64,000 bases of DNA from Candidatus Nanohalarchaeota archaeon (GCA_022729235.1 JALDAJ010000001.1:736001-800000), one strand, 5' to 3'; shown: positions 28,105 through 38,558, counted from the stretch's first letter. Made by a program: numbers and translations. The notes: generated by a model from the letters alone, not told the origin.

Positions 28105-28470
28105 TTAAATAGAGAAATTACGTAGGAGTGAATTCAGCCATGATGAATCATCCAGAGCGCTCTTAAGCTCATTGATTGTCTCTTCTTCGTAAGGACCGAG
28201 AGATATTGTTCCCGTGTATTCTCTATTCTGTCCGTTGTCCTGTACATGTAGTTTGTCGTGTCGATCAGGGTCATCGGTTTCTCTGACCTCTGCATAGAGC
28301 CAGCCATCTCTAGGTGAATAGTCGAGGAATAGAGAAGAAGGGATTTCGCCGGTCCGATCTGGGACTAGGATACTATGTAGTGTAGGGAAGTCTATAGTTC
28401 CTTCTGCTTCAGTTTTATAGGTTTCAGTTGTATGGTCTTGGGTATAGTCTTGGGATATTTCGATCTCCTT
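28105..28470 (-). pseudogene. 121-codon acidic reading frame lacking a canonical start codon
   Basis: Manual translation (K)EIEISQDYTQDHTTETYKTEAEGTIDFPTLHSILVPDRTGEIPSSLFLDYSPRDGWLYAEV...LLRNFSI*; purine-rich SD-like GGGAG before AAG at 28470. Confidence 0.55.
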
Positions 28471-28510
28471 TCTGCTCCCTCTCCCCTGGGAAAAAGTACT
28501 TTACATTTGT

Positions 28511-29602
28511 TTATGTATGTTTGCGTATAATCTCTTTCACATCTTCTATCGGTGCGTCAGTTCGGAAACCAGTCGGCGAGAAGTGAGTCCTAGACACAGG
28601 ATAGCCTTTCCCATCTATAGCTTCTATTACGAGGTCCCGTTTCGGCACTTCGATGTCCATGACTGAGGCGAGCTCGTGGAGGTCGTAGAACGGCGTGACT
28701 ATCTCCGCCTCGCTGTCAATATGCTCCAGGAGTTCCAGCGAGTCTTCCCAGTCCTCTGGCATCTCCTCCAGCATTCTGGAAGTGAAGCGCTGGTCTGCGA
28801 TTTTTCCCGTCCAGAGAGGTCCGGCGACCCGTGTTTCTGAGTCGCATTCAGGACAGTTTCCGGCACGCTCCAGTTTCCGCCACCTACATTTCGGGCAGAA
28901 TGAGAGATAACCGATTTTATCCAGCGCGTTATTGGTGCGCTGTTTCGACTCGGTGACCCGACCCATAACTCGGGAGTAGTGCTGTTCGTGCCAGCAAACT
29001 TTTGGGTCGAACTCCTTGTCGAACCGGGCGAAGTTTTCGAAGACGGCCTTGATGTATATCCTGAGACCTGTCTCGTGCATGAAACTGTTCTTCAATGGCA
29101 TGGAGGCGTACCGTCTCCTGCAAACCTTTGAGTATGTTCCGGCTGGCGCCGCGTTATCTGTCGCGGTCAAACCAACGAAGCTTGAATGGGATGCGGCTCT
29201 AGCGGTGGAGTCGAGGAAAGATGTGAACGGTCCGAAGGGGTCGATGTCTATTATGTGCAGATAGTTCCGGTGCTGTGACAGGAAGACATTCGCGTCCTCA
29301 TTGTAGACCTCTGCCTTGATACCGTTTACTTCGAGACCTTTCTCTATGCTTTCAATCGCTTCCGGGTTAGTGTCATTCAGGTATACGTTCCCGAGTTCCG
29401 AGTACCTGAAACCTCGTATTCCTGATGCTGCGAGGGCATCACATATCCTTGGCTCCTCTATATCGACTTCTTCAAGGAAAACCCTGGCGGCGATTATAGA
29501 CAGGTCGCGGTTGGTCTTCATGTCCTCGTTGTAGAAGACACTGGAAGACTTGTCGGGTTCGTCTTCTTCCGGGACGGATATCTCGTATCCTCTTTCTTCC
29601 AT
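28511..29602 (-). CDS. trm1: tRNA (guanine-26 N2)-dimethyltransferase Trm1
   Basis: VFYN.DM..NRDLS, DALAASGIRG.RY, IDIDPFG, TATD, HETGLR, GPLWTG, SRTHF. Confidence 0.96.
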   Translation of the reverse strand: MEERGYEISVPEEDEPDKSSSVFYNEDMKTNRDLSIIAARVFLEEVDIEEPRICDALAASGIRGFRYSELGNVYLNDTNPEAIESIEKGLEVNGIKAEVYNEDANVFLSQHRNYLHIIDIDPFGPFTSFLDSTARAASHSSFVGLTATDNAAPAGTYSKVCRRRYASMPLKNSFMHETGLRIYIKAVFENFARFDKEFDPKVCWHEQHYSRVMGRVTESKQRTNNALDKIGYLSFCPKCRWRKLERAGNCPECDSETRVAGPLWTGKIADQRFTSRMLEEMPEDWEDSLELLEHIDSEAEIVTPFYDLHELASVMDIEVPKRDLVIEAIDGKGYPVSRTHFSPTGFRTDAPIEDVKEIIRKHT

Positions 29603-29661
29603 GCAACTTTGTTGCGATACAAAAAGTTTTTAAACCAGAGCCAGTCTTCCGCATTTAGCAG

Positions 29662-29673
29662 GGTTTATAAACC
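29662..29673 (+). promoter_or_regulatory. Palindromic TATA element GGTTTATAAACC between divergent trm1 and the ATP synthase operon
   Basis: TTTATAAA core about 33 nt before the atpH ATG. Confidence 0.55.
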
Positions 29674-29703
29674 TATCTTCTAATCCTTATCTGGAGATTT
29701 TCC

Positions 29704-30021
29704 ATGTCAAATGTTGTCAGTCAAGTCAGGAAAGCCGAGAAAGACGCGGATTCTATCATCGAAGAGGCGGAGGAAGAAGCCGATAAAATTATAGAAGAAG
29801 CGAGGCAGGAAGCCCAGGAGATTATCTCTGGTGCGGAAAAGAAAGCATCGGAGATGAAGCGAGAAAGAATCGAGCGCTTCAGAGATAAGCTCGAAGAGAA
29901 AAAGGAAGAGATAACAGAGGATGGAGAAGATGAAGCTGATGAGCTCGCGGATAAAGCATCACAGAACAGAGAGGACGCGGTCGAGCTTCTTGTAGCGCAG
30001 TTTGAAGAAGAGTTTCTTTGA
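29704..30021 (+). CDS. atpH: A-type ATP synthase subunit H
   Basis: Charged helical stalk protein, first gene of the operon. Confidence 0.85.
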   Translation: MSNVVSQVRKAEKDADSIIEEAEEEADKIIEEARQEAQEIISGAEKKASEMKRERIERFRDKLEEKKEEITEDGEDEADELADKASQNREDAVELLVAQFEEEFL

Positions 30022-30034
30022 GGACTAGGTATAT

Positions 30035-31828
30035 ATGGTAAAACCAGCACAGATGACGAAGGTGTCAGTAACTGGGTCGAAAAACCAGTTACAGAAGGTT
30101 ATAGATACACTTTATGAACTGGAACTCCTGGATATTGAGGACTATGAGGGCGGAGAACTTGAGAAAGGTGAACCGTTTGAAGACGCCGAGGATATCTCAG
30201 AACTTCTAGTCGATGTCAGATCGATACTTTCCAAACTACCTGACAGCGAAGTAGTGGAGGAAAAATCTGTTTCTCTCGGAGATATACAGGAAAACCTTGG
30301 AGAGATAAAGAGCGAGGTCGACCGGCTTGAGGACAGGAGAGATGAGATAGAGAAGGAACGTTCCCGACTTGAGGACCAGGAAGAGTTTTTCTCCAGGCTA
30401 AGAGGCACAGATCTTACTTACGAGGATTTACAGGGGACAGATAGTCTTGAGGTCTTCATAGGACGCATGGATGTTGATAGGTTCAAGAAGGAAACAGGTT
30501 CAAGTCATGAAATCTTACAGGGTGAGGACTCAGAAATCGTGTTCTACAGGAGAGAAGATGCTGGTGAGGTAGAGAAAGTTTTGAGGGAGGTAAGTGATGA
30601 ACAGTATAGTCTTGTTGACACCGATTTCACAGGTACTATAGAAGAGATACTGCAGGCGATTGAGTACAGGAGAGAAGAACTGGAGGAAGAAATCGATGCG
30701 ATTGAAGAAGGATTCAAGAACCTTGCAAAAAAATGGGGTGGCAAACTCGAAAACGCCGAGAGCTTTTTGGCTGAAAAAGTTGAAAAGTCAGAGGCACCTA
30801 TCCGGTTCGCGACTACAAAGCGGACGTTCATCGCGGAGGGATGGGTTCCAACGGACAGTCTTGACCAGTTAAGAAAAAGGCTGAACGAGGAGAATGGAGA
30901 TAAAATCCATATCGAGACCGAGGAGGGTGAGAACCCGCCGGTAAAACAGGAGAATAATCAAGTTGTAGAACCCTTTGAAAGCCTCACAGATCTCGTAGAT
31001 GTTCCAAGGTATAATGAAGTAGATCCTTCTTTCCTGATCTTACTTACGTTCCCGCTGTTCTTCGGAATGATGATCGGTGACGCGGGATACGGCATATCGA
31101 GTGCTATAGTATTCTTTGCAGGTATGAAGATGTTCCCAAAGGCGTCAGAATTATTCAAGGCGTTGCTTTGGACTTCCGCAGCGACGCTTTTGTTCGGACT
31201 GCTTTACGGCGAAATGTTTGGGTTCCGGATTTACGAGTCGCCGTTCTACCGTGCCTACTACTGGACAGAAATCCTTTACCTGACGGTGCTGATAGGGCTG
31301 GCGCACGTTAACCTGGCGCTGCTTATAGGTGCTTATAACGAATACGTCAGGCACGGACTGCTCGCTGCTGTGTATGAAAAAATATCCTGGATACTGCTCC
31401 AGGCAGCCTTAGTTGCAGGATACCTTACAGGTGTACTGTACGGTTCAACGGCGGGCTGGGGAGTGTTGCTCGGTTTAGGAGTTCCCTCGCTGATGATGCT
31501 TTACAAGGGAGAGGGGATTGCAGGCATCGTTGAGATACCTGCCCTGATATCAAATATACTGTCCTACCTGAGGCTTTTCGGGGTCTGCATGGCGGCATAC
31601 ACGCTTGCAGGTACTGCAAACGCGATTGCAAGCCCTGCGTACGCGTCAGGGACTCTTATGGGTATAGTAGCAGGAACACTGATCCTGATGGTAGGGCACA
31701 CGATACTAACGTTCATCAAAATCATGGAAGGCTTCATACAGGGAATCCGTCTCCACTACGTGGAGATGTTCGGATGGTTCTTTGAAGGCGGTGGAAGAAA
31801 ATACGCGCCGTTTGGAGCCGATAGATAA
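30035..31828 (+). CDS. atpI: A-type ATP synthase subunit I
   Basis: PRYNEVDP, FFGMMIGDAGYG, LSYLRL, IRLHYVE.F..FFEGGG. Confidence 0.97.
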   Translation: MVKPAQMTKVSVTGSKNQLQKVIDTLYELELLDIEDYEGGELEKGEPFEDAEDISELLVDVRSILSKLPDSEVVEEKSVSLGDIQENLGEIKSEVDRLEDRRDEIEKERSRLEDQEEFFSRLRGTDLTYEDLQGTDSLEVFIGRMDVDRFKKETGSSHEILQGEDSEIVFYRREDAGEVEKVLREVSDEQYSLVDTDFTGTIEEILQAIEYRREELEEEIDAIEEGFKNLAKKWGGKLENAESFLAEKVEKSEAPIRFATTKRTFIAEGWVPTDSLDQLRKRLNEENGDKIHIETEEGENPPVKQENNQVVEPFESLTDLVDVPRYNEVDPSFLILLTFPLFFGMMIGDAGYGISSAIVFFAGMKMFPKASELFKALLWTSAATLLFGLLYGEMFGFRIYESPFYRAYYWTEILYLTVLIGLAHVNLALLIGAYNEYVRHGLLAAVYEKISWILLQAALVAGYLTGVLYGSTAGWGVLLGLGVPSLMMLYKGEGIAGIVEIPALISNILSYLRLFGVCMAAYTLAGTANAIASPAYASGTLMGIVAGTLILMVGHTILTFIKIMEGFIQGIRLHYVEMFGWFFEGGGRKYAPFGADR

Positions 31829-31856
31829 AAAATATTATCGAGGTGAAAAATCAACA

Positions 31857-32075
31857 ATGGCAGTAGAAGGACTAACCGCGATCGGTGCAGGACTAGCAAT
31901 CGGACTTACAGGATTAGCAACAGCATGGGCTCAGGCAAAGATCGGAAGCGCTGGAGTAGGTGCACTAGCTGAAGACGACAGTATCTTCGGTAAAGTGCTC
32001 GTACTGACAGCACTCCCGGAGACCATGATTATCCTGGGACTGGTTGTAGCACTGGTTGTGGCAGGATTCATATAG
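31857..32075 (+). CDS. atpK: A-type ATP synthase subunit K (c, proteolipid)
   Basis: Two-helix hairpin with LPET carboxylate; AGGTGA SD upstream. Confidence 0.95.
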   Translation: MAVEGLTAIGAGLAIGLTGLATAWAQAKIGSAGVGALAEDDSIFGKVLVLTALPETMIILGLVVALVVAGFI

Positions 32076-32086
32076 AAAACCCCAAA

Positions 32087-32104
32087 GCGGGCCGCAAGGC
32101 CCGT
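32087..32104 (+). other. GNRA-capped GC hairpin between atpK and atpE
   Basis: GCGGGCC-GCAA-GGCCCGT. Confidence 0.7.
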
Positions 32105-32153
32105 TCACACTTAATTTATACCACATAACAAGACACAAGGTGAAACAAATACT

Positions 32154-32684
32154 ATGGGACTCGAAGAAGTCACAGACGACATCCTGAACGAGGCAGAGCA
32201 AAAGTCGAACCAGCTCGTCAAGGAAGCGAGAGCTGAAGCCGAGAGCATCAGGGAAGAAGCTGAAGAAAAAGCAGAGAGAATCAAACAAGAGGCGGAAGAA
32301 GAAGTAGAAGAGAAAAAAGAATCCCTGGAGAAGAAAGCACTCTCAGGTGCACGGATGAAAGCCCGGGAGATAAAGCTCAGGGAGAAACAGAAACAGCTCG
32401 ACGAAGTGTTCGAGAACTTCCGTGAAGAACTGGAAGACCTCGATGCGAGTGAAAGAGAAGAATTCGTAGACAGGTGTATAGAGAAAGCCGGTTTCGATGT
32501 CGGAACTGTGAAAGGTTCAGCAGAATTCGAGGATGCAGTAGACATGGAGTTTGAAGAGAAAGAAATTGACGGGATTATACTTGAATCAGAAGACGGTGAG
32601 AGACGGATGGACTTCACATTCGATCGCATCGCCAGGAACTACCGTGAAAACCTGAGGAAAGACGTGGCAGAGGTGCTGTTTTAG
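32154..32684 (+). CDS. atpE: A-type ATP synthase subunit E
   Basis: MGLEEV..DIL.EA helical N-terminus; GIILESEDG...DFTFD. Confidence 0.93.
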   Translation: MGLEEVTDDILNEAEQKSNQLVKEARAEAESIREEAEEKAERIKQEAEEEVEEKKESLEKKALSGARMKAREIKLREKQKQLDEVFENFREELEDLDASEREEFVDRCIEKAGFDVGTVKGSAEFEDAVDMEFEEKEIDGIILESEDGERRMDFTFDRIARNYRENLRKDVAEVLF

Positions 32685-32689
32685 AGACA

Positions 32690-33688
32690 ATGAACATCAA
32701 ATTATCTTTCGCAGACTACACCTACACAAATGCGCGTGTAAGCGCGAAGCGCGCCAAACTCCTCGATAAAGGAGACTACGAGAATCTCCTCAAGATGCAG
32801 TCGAATGAGATCGCAAGAAACCTGGAAGAAGAGGACTATCGACAGGAGATTAACGAACTTGGGTCCCGGTATGAAGGCGTTGAACTTGTAGAGCTGGCGT
32901 TGAACAGGAACCTTTCAAGGACACTATCCCACCTGCTGGAGCTGGCGCCGGAAGAACTTGAAGAGGTTCTCAAGACCTACCTCAGAAGGTATGATATAAA
33001 GAGCCTGAAAAGACTGCTCCGGTGGAAGAAATCAGGACACGAGATAGATATCCAGGACATGATGGTGCCTGCAGGCGATCTGGACTACGAAGAACTGGAA
33101 GAACTCGCTGAGAAGGAGTTCCATGATATAATAGATGCTATACACTTCAAGGACTCCAGGGTTGACTACCAGAGTTACCTTGAAGGAAAAAAGGAGCTTC
33201 CCGAGATAGAAAAAGCTCTTGACCAGGCATACTTCGATGAACTGGAGATGCTGGCGTCAAGAGCAGGAAGCCGGCAGTTCAGGAAGTTCGTGGAGAAGGA
33301 GATGAAGCATGAGAACCTGAGAACAGTTCTGAGACTGAAGAAGTATGGTTTCGATTACGATGAGACCCGGGAATACCTGTTCTCTGACGGTGACAGAAGG
33401 GTCGAAGAAGTTGCGAGAGCAGGGAGTATGGAAGATGCGCTCAATATAGTACGGAAGGAGGAGAAAGTGGACGGAGACAACCTGGAAGAGATAGAGCACG
33501 CCCTGGAGACCCGTCGACTGGAGGAGGCGCTCAAGATGGCGCACGCTGAACCGCTCGGTATAACGCCTATACTCGGATACGTAATCGCAAAAATCGTCGA
33601 GGTAAGAAATCTCAGGGTGCTCATGCGTGCGAAAGAGACCGAGATCCAAAAAACAGAGGATATCAGGCAGAGTTTGGTGACAGCATAA
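32690..33688 (+). CDS. atpC: A-type ATP synthase subunit C
   Basis: YTNARVSA..AKLL, VELALNRNL, EVRNLR. Confidence 0.95.
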   Translation: MNIKLSFADYTYTNARVSAKRAKLLDKGDYENLLKMQSNEIARNLEEEDYRQEINELGSRYEGVELVELALNRNLSRTLSHLLELAPEELEEVLKTYLRRYDIKSLKRLLRWKKSGHEIDIQDMMVPAGDLDYEELEELAEKEFHDIIDAIHFKDSRVDYQSYLEGKKELPEIEKALDQAYFDELEMLASRAGSRQFRKFVEKEMKHENLRTVLRLKKYGFDYDETREYLFSDGDRRVEEVARAGSMEDALNIVRKEEKVDGDNLEEIEHALETRRLEEALKMAHAEPLGITPILGYVIAKIVEVRNLRVLMRAKETEIQKTEDIRQSLVTA

Positions 33689-33990
33689 TGGATGAAAAGA
33701 AAAGTATCGCGGTGATAGGTGACAGTGACTTCACAACCGGTTTCAGGCTGGCAGGAGTCCGGAAAATATTCGGCGACGAAGACTACGCAGAAACTATCCA
33801 GGAACTTGTTTCGAGAGATGACATAGGCATAATAGTCGCTGAGCAGGAAGATATCCGGGAACTACCAGAACGTATACAGAAACAGGTACAGGAATCAGTT
33901 GACCCGGTCGTAGTCGCGTTATCAGAATCAGGTACTACAGAGCAGATTAATGAAAAAATCCGGAAAGTTATCGGGGCAGACATAACGTAA
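33688..33990 (+). CDS. atpF: A-type ATP synthase subunit F
   Basis: IAVIGD.DFTTGFRLAG...IRKVIGADI. Confidence 0.95.
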   Translation: MDEKKSIAVIGDSDFTTGFRLAGVRKIFGDEDYAETIQELVSRDDIGIIVAEQEDIRELPERIQKQVQESVDPVVVALSESGTTEQINEKIRKVIGADIT

Positions 33991-34017
33991 TCTATACTAT
34001 CAAGGTGAACAACTAAA

Positions 34018-34107
34018 ATGACAGAACAGACCACAGCTCAGCAGCAAGACGCTGACGAAAAGCAAAGCTTTTCTAAGACAACAAGAACTCGCGGAGGCGA
34101 TTTCTGA
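34018..34107 (+). CDS. 29-aa peptide between atpF and atpA
   Basis: [29 protein letters not shown]; AGGTGA SD upstream; TGATG stop-start overlap with atpA. Confidence 0.45.
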   Translation: MTEQTTAQQQDADEKQSFSKTTRTRGGDF

Positions 34108-35837
34108 TGTCGGGAGAAATCTATAAAGTTACAGGACCGGTCGTAGTAGCGACCGGTATGAGCCCACAGATGAACGATGTCGTCCGAGTAGGCGACGAAG
34201 GTCTGATGGGGGAAGTTATCCAAATCGAAGGAGAAAAAAGCTATATCCAGGTCTACGAGGACACGACCGGAGTCAAACCCGGTGAACCCGTGGAGAACAC
34301 AGAACAACCACTTTCCGTAGAACTTGGACCCGGACTGCTTGGCTCAATCTACGACGGGCTCCAGAGACCGCTTGAAATCCTACAGGAAAAGACTGGTGAC
34401 TTTATCGAGAGAGGAGAAGACGCACCCGGAATCGACCCGGAAGAAGAGTACGACTTCTCGCCAGTTGTAGAAGAAGGAGACGAAGTCGAACCAGGAGACG
34501 TCCTCGGAGAAGTAGAAGTCTCCTACGGAACACACAAAGTCATGCTACCGCCTCACAGGGAAGGTGGAGAAGTAGAAAACATCGAAGAAGGTGAATACAC
34601 TGTCGAAGAAACAGTAGTTGAAGTCGACGGACAGGAAGTATCGATGAGACAGGAATGGCCTATCAGGAAGGACCGGCCAGTAGAAGACGACCTCAAACCG
34701 GAAATCCCGCTGATAACAGGACAGAGAGTCCTCGACGGACTGTTCCCGATTGCAAAAGGAGGAACGGCAGCAATCCCAGGACCGTTCGGATCGGGAAAAA
34801 CGGTTACACAGCAGTCGCTCGCGAAGTTCTCCGACGCCGACATCATCGTCTACATCGGATGCGGAGAACGTGGAAACGAGATGACCGAGGTACTTGAAGA
34901 GTTTCCGGAACTTGAGGATCCGCAGACAGGAGACAAAATCATTAACAGGACTGTACTTATCGCGAACACATCGAATATGCCTGTAGCAGCGCGTGAAGCA
35001 TCAATCTATACAGGAATCACAATCGCGGAGTACTTCCGAGACATGGGACTCGACGTCGCGCTGATGGCAGACTCAACGTCGCGGTGGGCGGAAGCTATGC
35101 GTGAGATATCCGCAAGACTCGAGGAGATGCCTGGAGAACGTGGATACCCGGCATACCTCGCGTCCAAGCTCGCGGAGTTCTACGAACGCGCAGGACGGGC
35201 AGAGCCCCTGGGAGTTGAAGAACCGGGAAGCGTCTCGATTATCGGCGCGGTTTCACCTCCAGGAGGAGACTTCTCGGAACCGGTGACGCAGAACACCCTG
35301 AGGGTTGTGAAAAACTTCTGGGCGCTTGACTCAGATCTTGCGGAAAAAAGACACTTCCCCGCAATCAACTGGAACGATTCCTACTCTGGCTACGAAACCC
35401 TTCTCCACCAGTACTACGGAGAGGATGTTGACCCAGAGTGGCCGGAAAGAGTCCAGGAGATGAAAGACCTGCTGCAGAAAGACTCTGAACTACAGGAGAC
35501 AGTACAGCTCGTCGGAAAAGACGCACTACCTGATAGAGAAAGACTCACGCTGGAGATCGCAACCATGATTAAGCAGTTCTTCCTCCAGCAGAACGCGTTC
35601 CACGATGTGGATCAGTACTGCTCGCCTGAAAAAACCTTTGAAATCCTTGACCTCGTACTTGACTGGGGAGACGAAGCCTACGACGCACTGGAAGATGGCG
35701 CACTAGTATCAGACATCGTCTCCGTCAGCTCCCGTAACAGGATATCCGAAGTAGCGATATCTGATGACTGGGAGCCAGTAGTCGAAGAAATCAGGGAACA
35801 GATGAAGCAGGAACTGCAAGAAGTCGTGGAGGAGTAG
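34107..35837 (+). CDS. atpA: A-type ATP synthase subunit A
   Basis: [10 protein letters not shown]-loop, [23 protein letters not shown]; no intein. Confidence 0.98.
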   Translation: MSGEIYKVTGPVVVATGMSPQMNDVVRVGDEGLMGEVIQIEGEKSYIQVYEDTTGVKPGEPVENTEQPLSVELGPGLLGSIYDGLQRPLEILQEKTGDFIERGEDAPGIDPEEEYDFSPVVEEGDEVEPGDVLGEVEVSYGTHKVMLPPHREGGEVENIEEGEYTVEETVVEVDGQEVSMRQEWPIRKDRPVEDDLKPEIPLITGQRVLDGLFPIAKGGTAAIPGPFGSGKTVTQQSLAKFSDADIIVYIGCGERGNEMTEVLEEFPELEDPQTGDKIINRTVLIANTSNMPVAAREASIYTGITIAEYFRDMGLDVALMADSTSRWAEAMREISARLEEMPGERGYPAYLASKLAEFYERAGRAEPLGVEEPGSVSIIGAVSPPGGDFSEPVTQNTLRVVKNFWALDSDLAEKRHFPAINWNDSYSGYETLLHQYYGEDVDPEWPERVQEMKDLLQKDSELQETVQLVGKDALPDRERLTLEIATMIKQFFLQQNAFHDVDQYCSPEKTFEILDLVLDWGDEAYDALEDGALVSDIVSVSSRNRISEVAISDDWEPVVEEIREQMKQELQEVVEE

Positions 35838-35848
35838 AGGCAGATACT

Positions 35849-37228
35849 ATGCAACAAGAATACCAGACAATAAACGAAGTTTCAGGACCACTAGTATTTG
35901 TGGAGAAAACCGAGAACGTCGCTTACGGAGACATCGTTGAGATCGAGACTCCTGACGGCGTCAAGAAAGGGGAGGTGCTTGAGACCTCCAAGGACGTTGT
36001 AGTCGTACAGTGCTACGAAGAGACGCGGGGAATCGGTCAGGACGCGTCCGTCCGTTTCATGAACGAGAATGTCAAGATGCCTGTAACCGAGGACTTGCTC
36101 GGGCGTATACTTGACGGTACGGGAGAACCTCTTGACGACGGACCGGAGATAATCCCGGAGGAAGAGAGAGACATCGTCGGGGAAGCAATCAATCCTTCTT
36201 CAAGAGAACTTCCGGAGGACTTCATCCAGACCGGTGTTTCAACCATCGACGTCATGAACACGCTAGTACGTGGACAGAAACTGCCGATTTTCTCCGGTTC
36301 AGGACTACCGCACAACGAGCTGGCGATGCAAATCGCACGACAGGCAGATGTGAAAGGAGAGAACGAAGAGTTCGCAGTAGTCTTCGCAGGAATGGGTATT
36401 ACGGAGGAAGAATCCCGTGAGTTCATCGAAGAGTTCCGGGAAACTGGCGCACTTGAGCGCTCCGTGGTCTTCCTGAATAAGGCATCAGACCCGGCACCTG
36501 AAAGGATTATCACACCGAGACTCGCACTGACAACGGCGGAGTACCTGGCGTACGATAAGGGCTATGAGGTACTTGTTATCCTGACCGACATGACCAACTA
36601 CGCCAACGCACTGAGAGAAGTATCCGCGGCACGTGAAGAAGTACCGGGACGCAGAGGATATCCGGGATACATGTATACAGACCTTGCGAACATCTACGAA
36701 CGCGCAGGCATCATCGAAGGAGAGGACGGATCAGTTACCCAGATCCCTATCCTGACGATGCCTAACGACGACATCACACACCCGATCCCTGACCTCACAG
36801 GATACATCACAGAGGGACAGATTGTTGTCGACAGAGACCTTGATAACCAGGGAGTTAAACCACCAGTCAATGTACTTCCATCTCTATCGCGTCTCATGGA
36901 CAACGGGGTGGGAGAAGGGTTCACACGTGAAGACCACCCTGACGTCTCCGACCAGCTCTACGCGCTATACGCAGAGGGAGAGTCGCTCAGAGATCTCGTA
37001 GCTATCGTCGGTGAGGACGCACTCAGCGACAAGGACGAGAAAGTCCTGGAGTTCGCCCGTCAGTACGAGAAGGAGTTCGTCAACCAGGGAACAAGAGAGA
37101 ACAGAACCATCGAGGAATCGCTTTCCGTCGCATGGGACCTGCTTTCAATCCTGCCAGAAGACGAACTCATCAGAATCGACCCAGAAATCCGTGAGAAATA
37201 CCTAGAGAGTGAGGAGGGTAATGAGTAG
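35849..37228 (+). CDS. atpB: A-type ATP synthase subunit B
   Basis: [44 protein letters not shown]. Confidence 0.98.
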   Translation: MQQEYQTINEVSGPLVFVEKTENVAYGDIVEIETPDGVKKGEVLETSKDVVVVQCYEETRGIGQDASVRFMNENVKMPVTEDLLGRILDGTGEPLDDGPEIIPEEERDIVGEAINPSSRELPEDFIQTGVSTIDVMNTLVRGQKLPIFSGSGLPHNELAMQIARQADVKGENEEFAVVFAGMGITEEESREFIEEFRETGALERSVVFLNKASDPAPERIITPRLALTTAEYLAYDKGYEVLVILTDMTNYANALREVSAAREEVPGRRGYPGYMYTDLANIYERAGIIEGEDGSVTQIPILTMPNDDITHPIPDLTGYITEGQIVVDRDLDNQGVKPPVNVLPSLSRLMDNGVGEGFTREDHPDVSDQLYALYAEGESLRDLVAIVGEDALSDKDEKVLEFARQYEKEFVNQGTRENRTIEESLSVAWDLLSILPEDELIRIDPEIREKYLESEEGNE

Positions 37229-37535
37229 GGTCGGATTATCTGTGAAGGCTCTTGAAGGAGATCGCGAGTATGACTGCGTGGCGGTTTTAGACGAAAGAAA
37301 TGTTTGGGATAAAGATCGTGTGGTGAACGAGAGGCTCAGTGAGTTACTTCCTGGTTCGACGTATGATTACTTAACAAGACCTGACTCTGAAGGACCTTCT
37401 TGCGCTGAGATATACTTCAGTCCTACTCGAGGAGGTATGGACTTCAGGATAGAGGTTGATAACAGCGATACGGCATTTCTAGGGAGTATGTCTACAGAAA
37501 ACCATCTGTATGGGTATTTAAACAGAGGTCTTTGA
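37221..37535 (+). CDS. Orphan hypothetical protein inserted between atpB and atpD
   Basis: 104 aa from ATG at 37221, overlapping the atpB stop; its own stop abuts the atpD ATG. Confidence 0.6.
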   Translation: MSRVGLSVKALEGDREYDCVAVLDERNVWDKDRVVNERLSELLPGSTYDYLTRPDSEGPSCAEIYFSPTRGGMDFRIEVDNSDTAFLGSMSTENHLYGYLNRGL

Positions 37536-38165
37536 ATGACACAGGACGTTAAACCCACGCGCTCGGAAGAGCTGAAGCTGAAGGAGAAGATCGAGCTTGC
37601 GGAGAACGGTCACAATATCCTTGAGAAGAAGCGTGACGGTCTTATCCACGAGTTCATGGAGATTGTTGACGAAGCGAAAGAGGTTGACGAGAACTTAGCG
37701 GAGGCGTACACCGAGGCGAAGGAGAAACTGGCGCTTGCAAAGACATATGACGGAGAGGATACTGTAAAGGCGAGTGCTCTCGCAAACGGCGACGAACCGA
37801 AGATTTCCTCCGAGACCCACAACATCATGGGTGTTCTGGTGCCTGAGATCTCCGCAGAGACTGATATCCAGACCAACATACTGAACAGGGAGTACGGTAT
37901 CACGTCCTCTACATCCCGTATTGACTCAACTGCGGACAAGTACGAAGTCCTGCTTGAACAGGTGATAGATGCCGCGGAGACCCAGACCAAGCTCCTCCGT
38001 CTACTCAACGAGATAAAGAAGACTAAGAGAAGAGTGAACGCGCTGGAGCACAAGGTCATCCCGGAGATGAAGGATGCGCTCGGCACTATTTCCCAGGCGC
38101 TGGAAGAAAGCGAGCGTGAGGAAACGTTTAGGATGAAGAAGGTTAAGGAGATGACCGAAGAGTAA
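37536..38165 (+). CDS. atpD: A-type ATP synthase subunit D
   Basis: KPTRSE, LEKKRDGL, TKRRVNALE, EREE.FR.K. Confidence 0.97.
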   Translation: MTQDVKPTRSEELKLKEKIELAENGHNILEKKRDGLIHEFMEIVDEAKEVDENLAEAYTEAKEKLALAKTYDGEDTVKASALANGDEPKISSETHNIMGVLVPEISAETDIQTNILNREYGITSSTSRIDSTADKYEVLLEQVIDAAETQTKLLRLLNEIKKTKRRVNALEHKVIPEMKDALGTISQALEESEREETFRMKKVKEMTEE

Positions 38166-38352
38166 TCCTGCTCTTACCCAGCACGAAACAATATTGTATA
38201 AACATGTTGATAAGAGTTGTCGCGGGTCAAGAGATAAAAGATTTTCTGTCTAATAGGCATGAAAATGAAAGAGTCTGTAGCCAGAGCTTCAAGTTTCTTG
38301 ACCGTTGCCCGTAAAACCGGCTACAAGAAAAGACAGGGCGTCGGCGGGGCCG

Positions 38353-38514
38353 ATGTCTGAGGGACCAGACCTCATAGATGTACTGTCAAATCTAACACAT
38401 CACGTTGCAGCTTTCCTGTTTGGTGCGATACTGCATAAATCTGTAGAGATTGGGAACTGGGAGATGGTTCTGGTGGCGTTTCTCTGCGGAAAAATTATCG
38501 ATATACTGCCCTGA
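38353..38514 (+). CDS. Small hydrophobic hypothetical protein
   Basis: 53 aa from ATG at 38353 with two short hydrophobic segments; overlapped by a 33-aa basic ORF at 38259-38360. Confidence 0.4.
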   Translation: MSEGPDLIDVLSNLTHHVAAFLFGAILHKSVEIGNWEMVLVAFLCGKIIDILP

Positions 38515-38558
38515 ATACAGGGTAAATTTCTAATCACGTAAGAGTTCCTGGCTCTCTA

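Noticed and set aside
1971-35837. Inteins in MCM, TFB or AtpA
   Set aside because: Protein lengths are standard and conserved motifs are uninterrupted.
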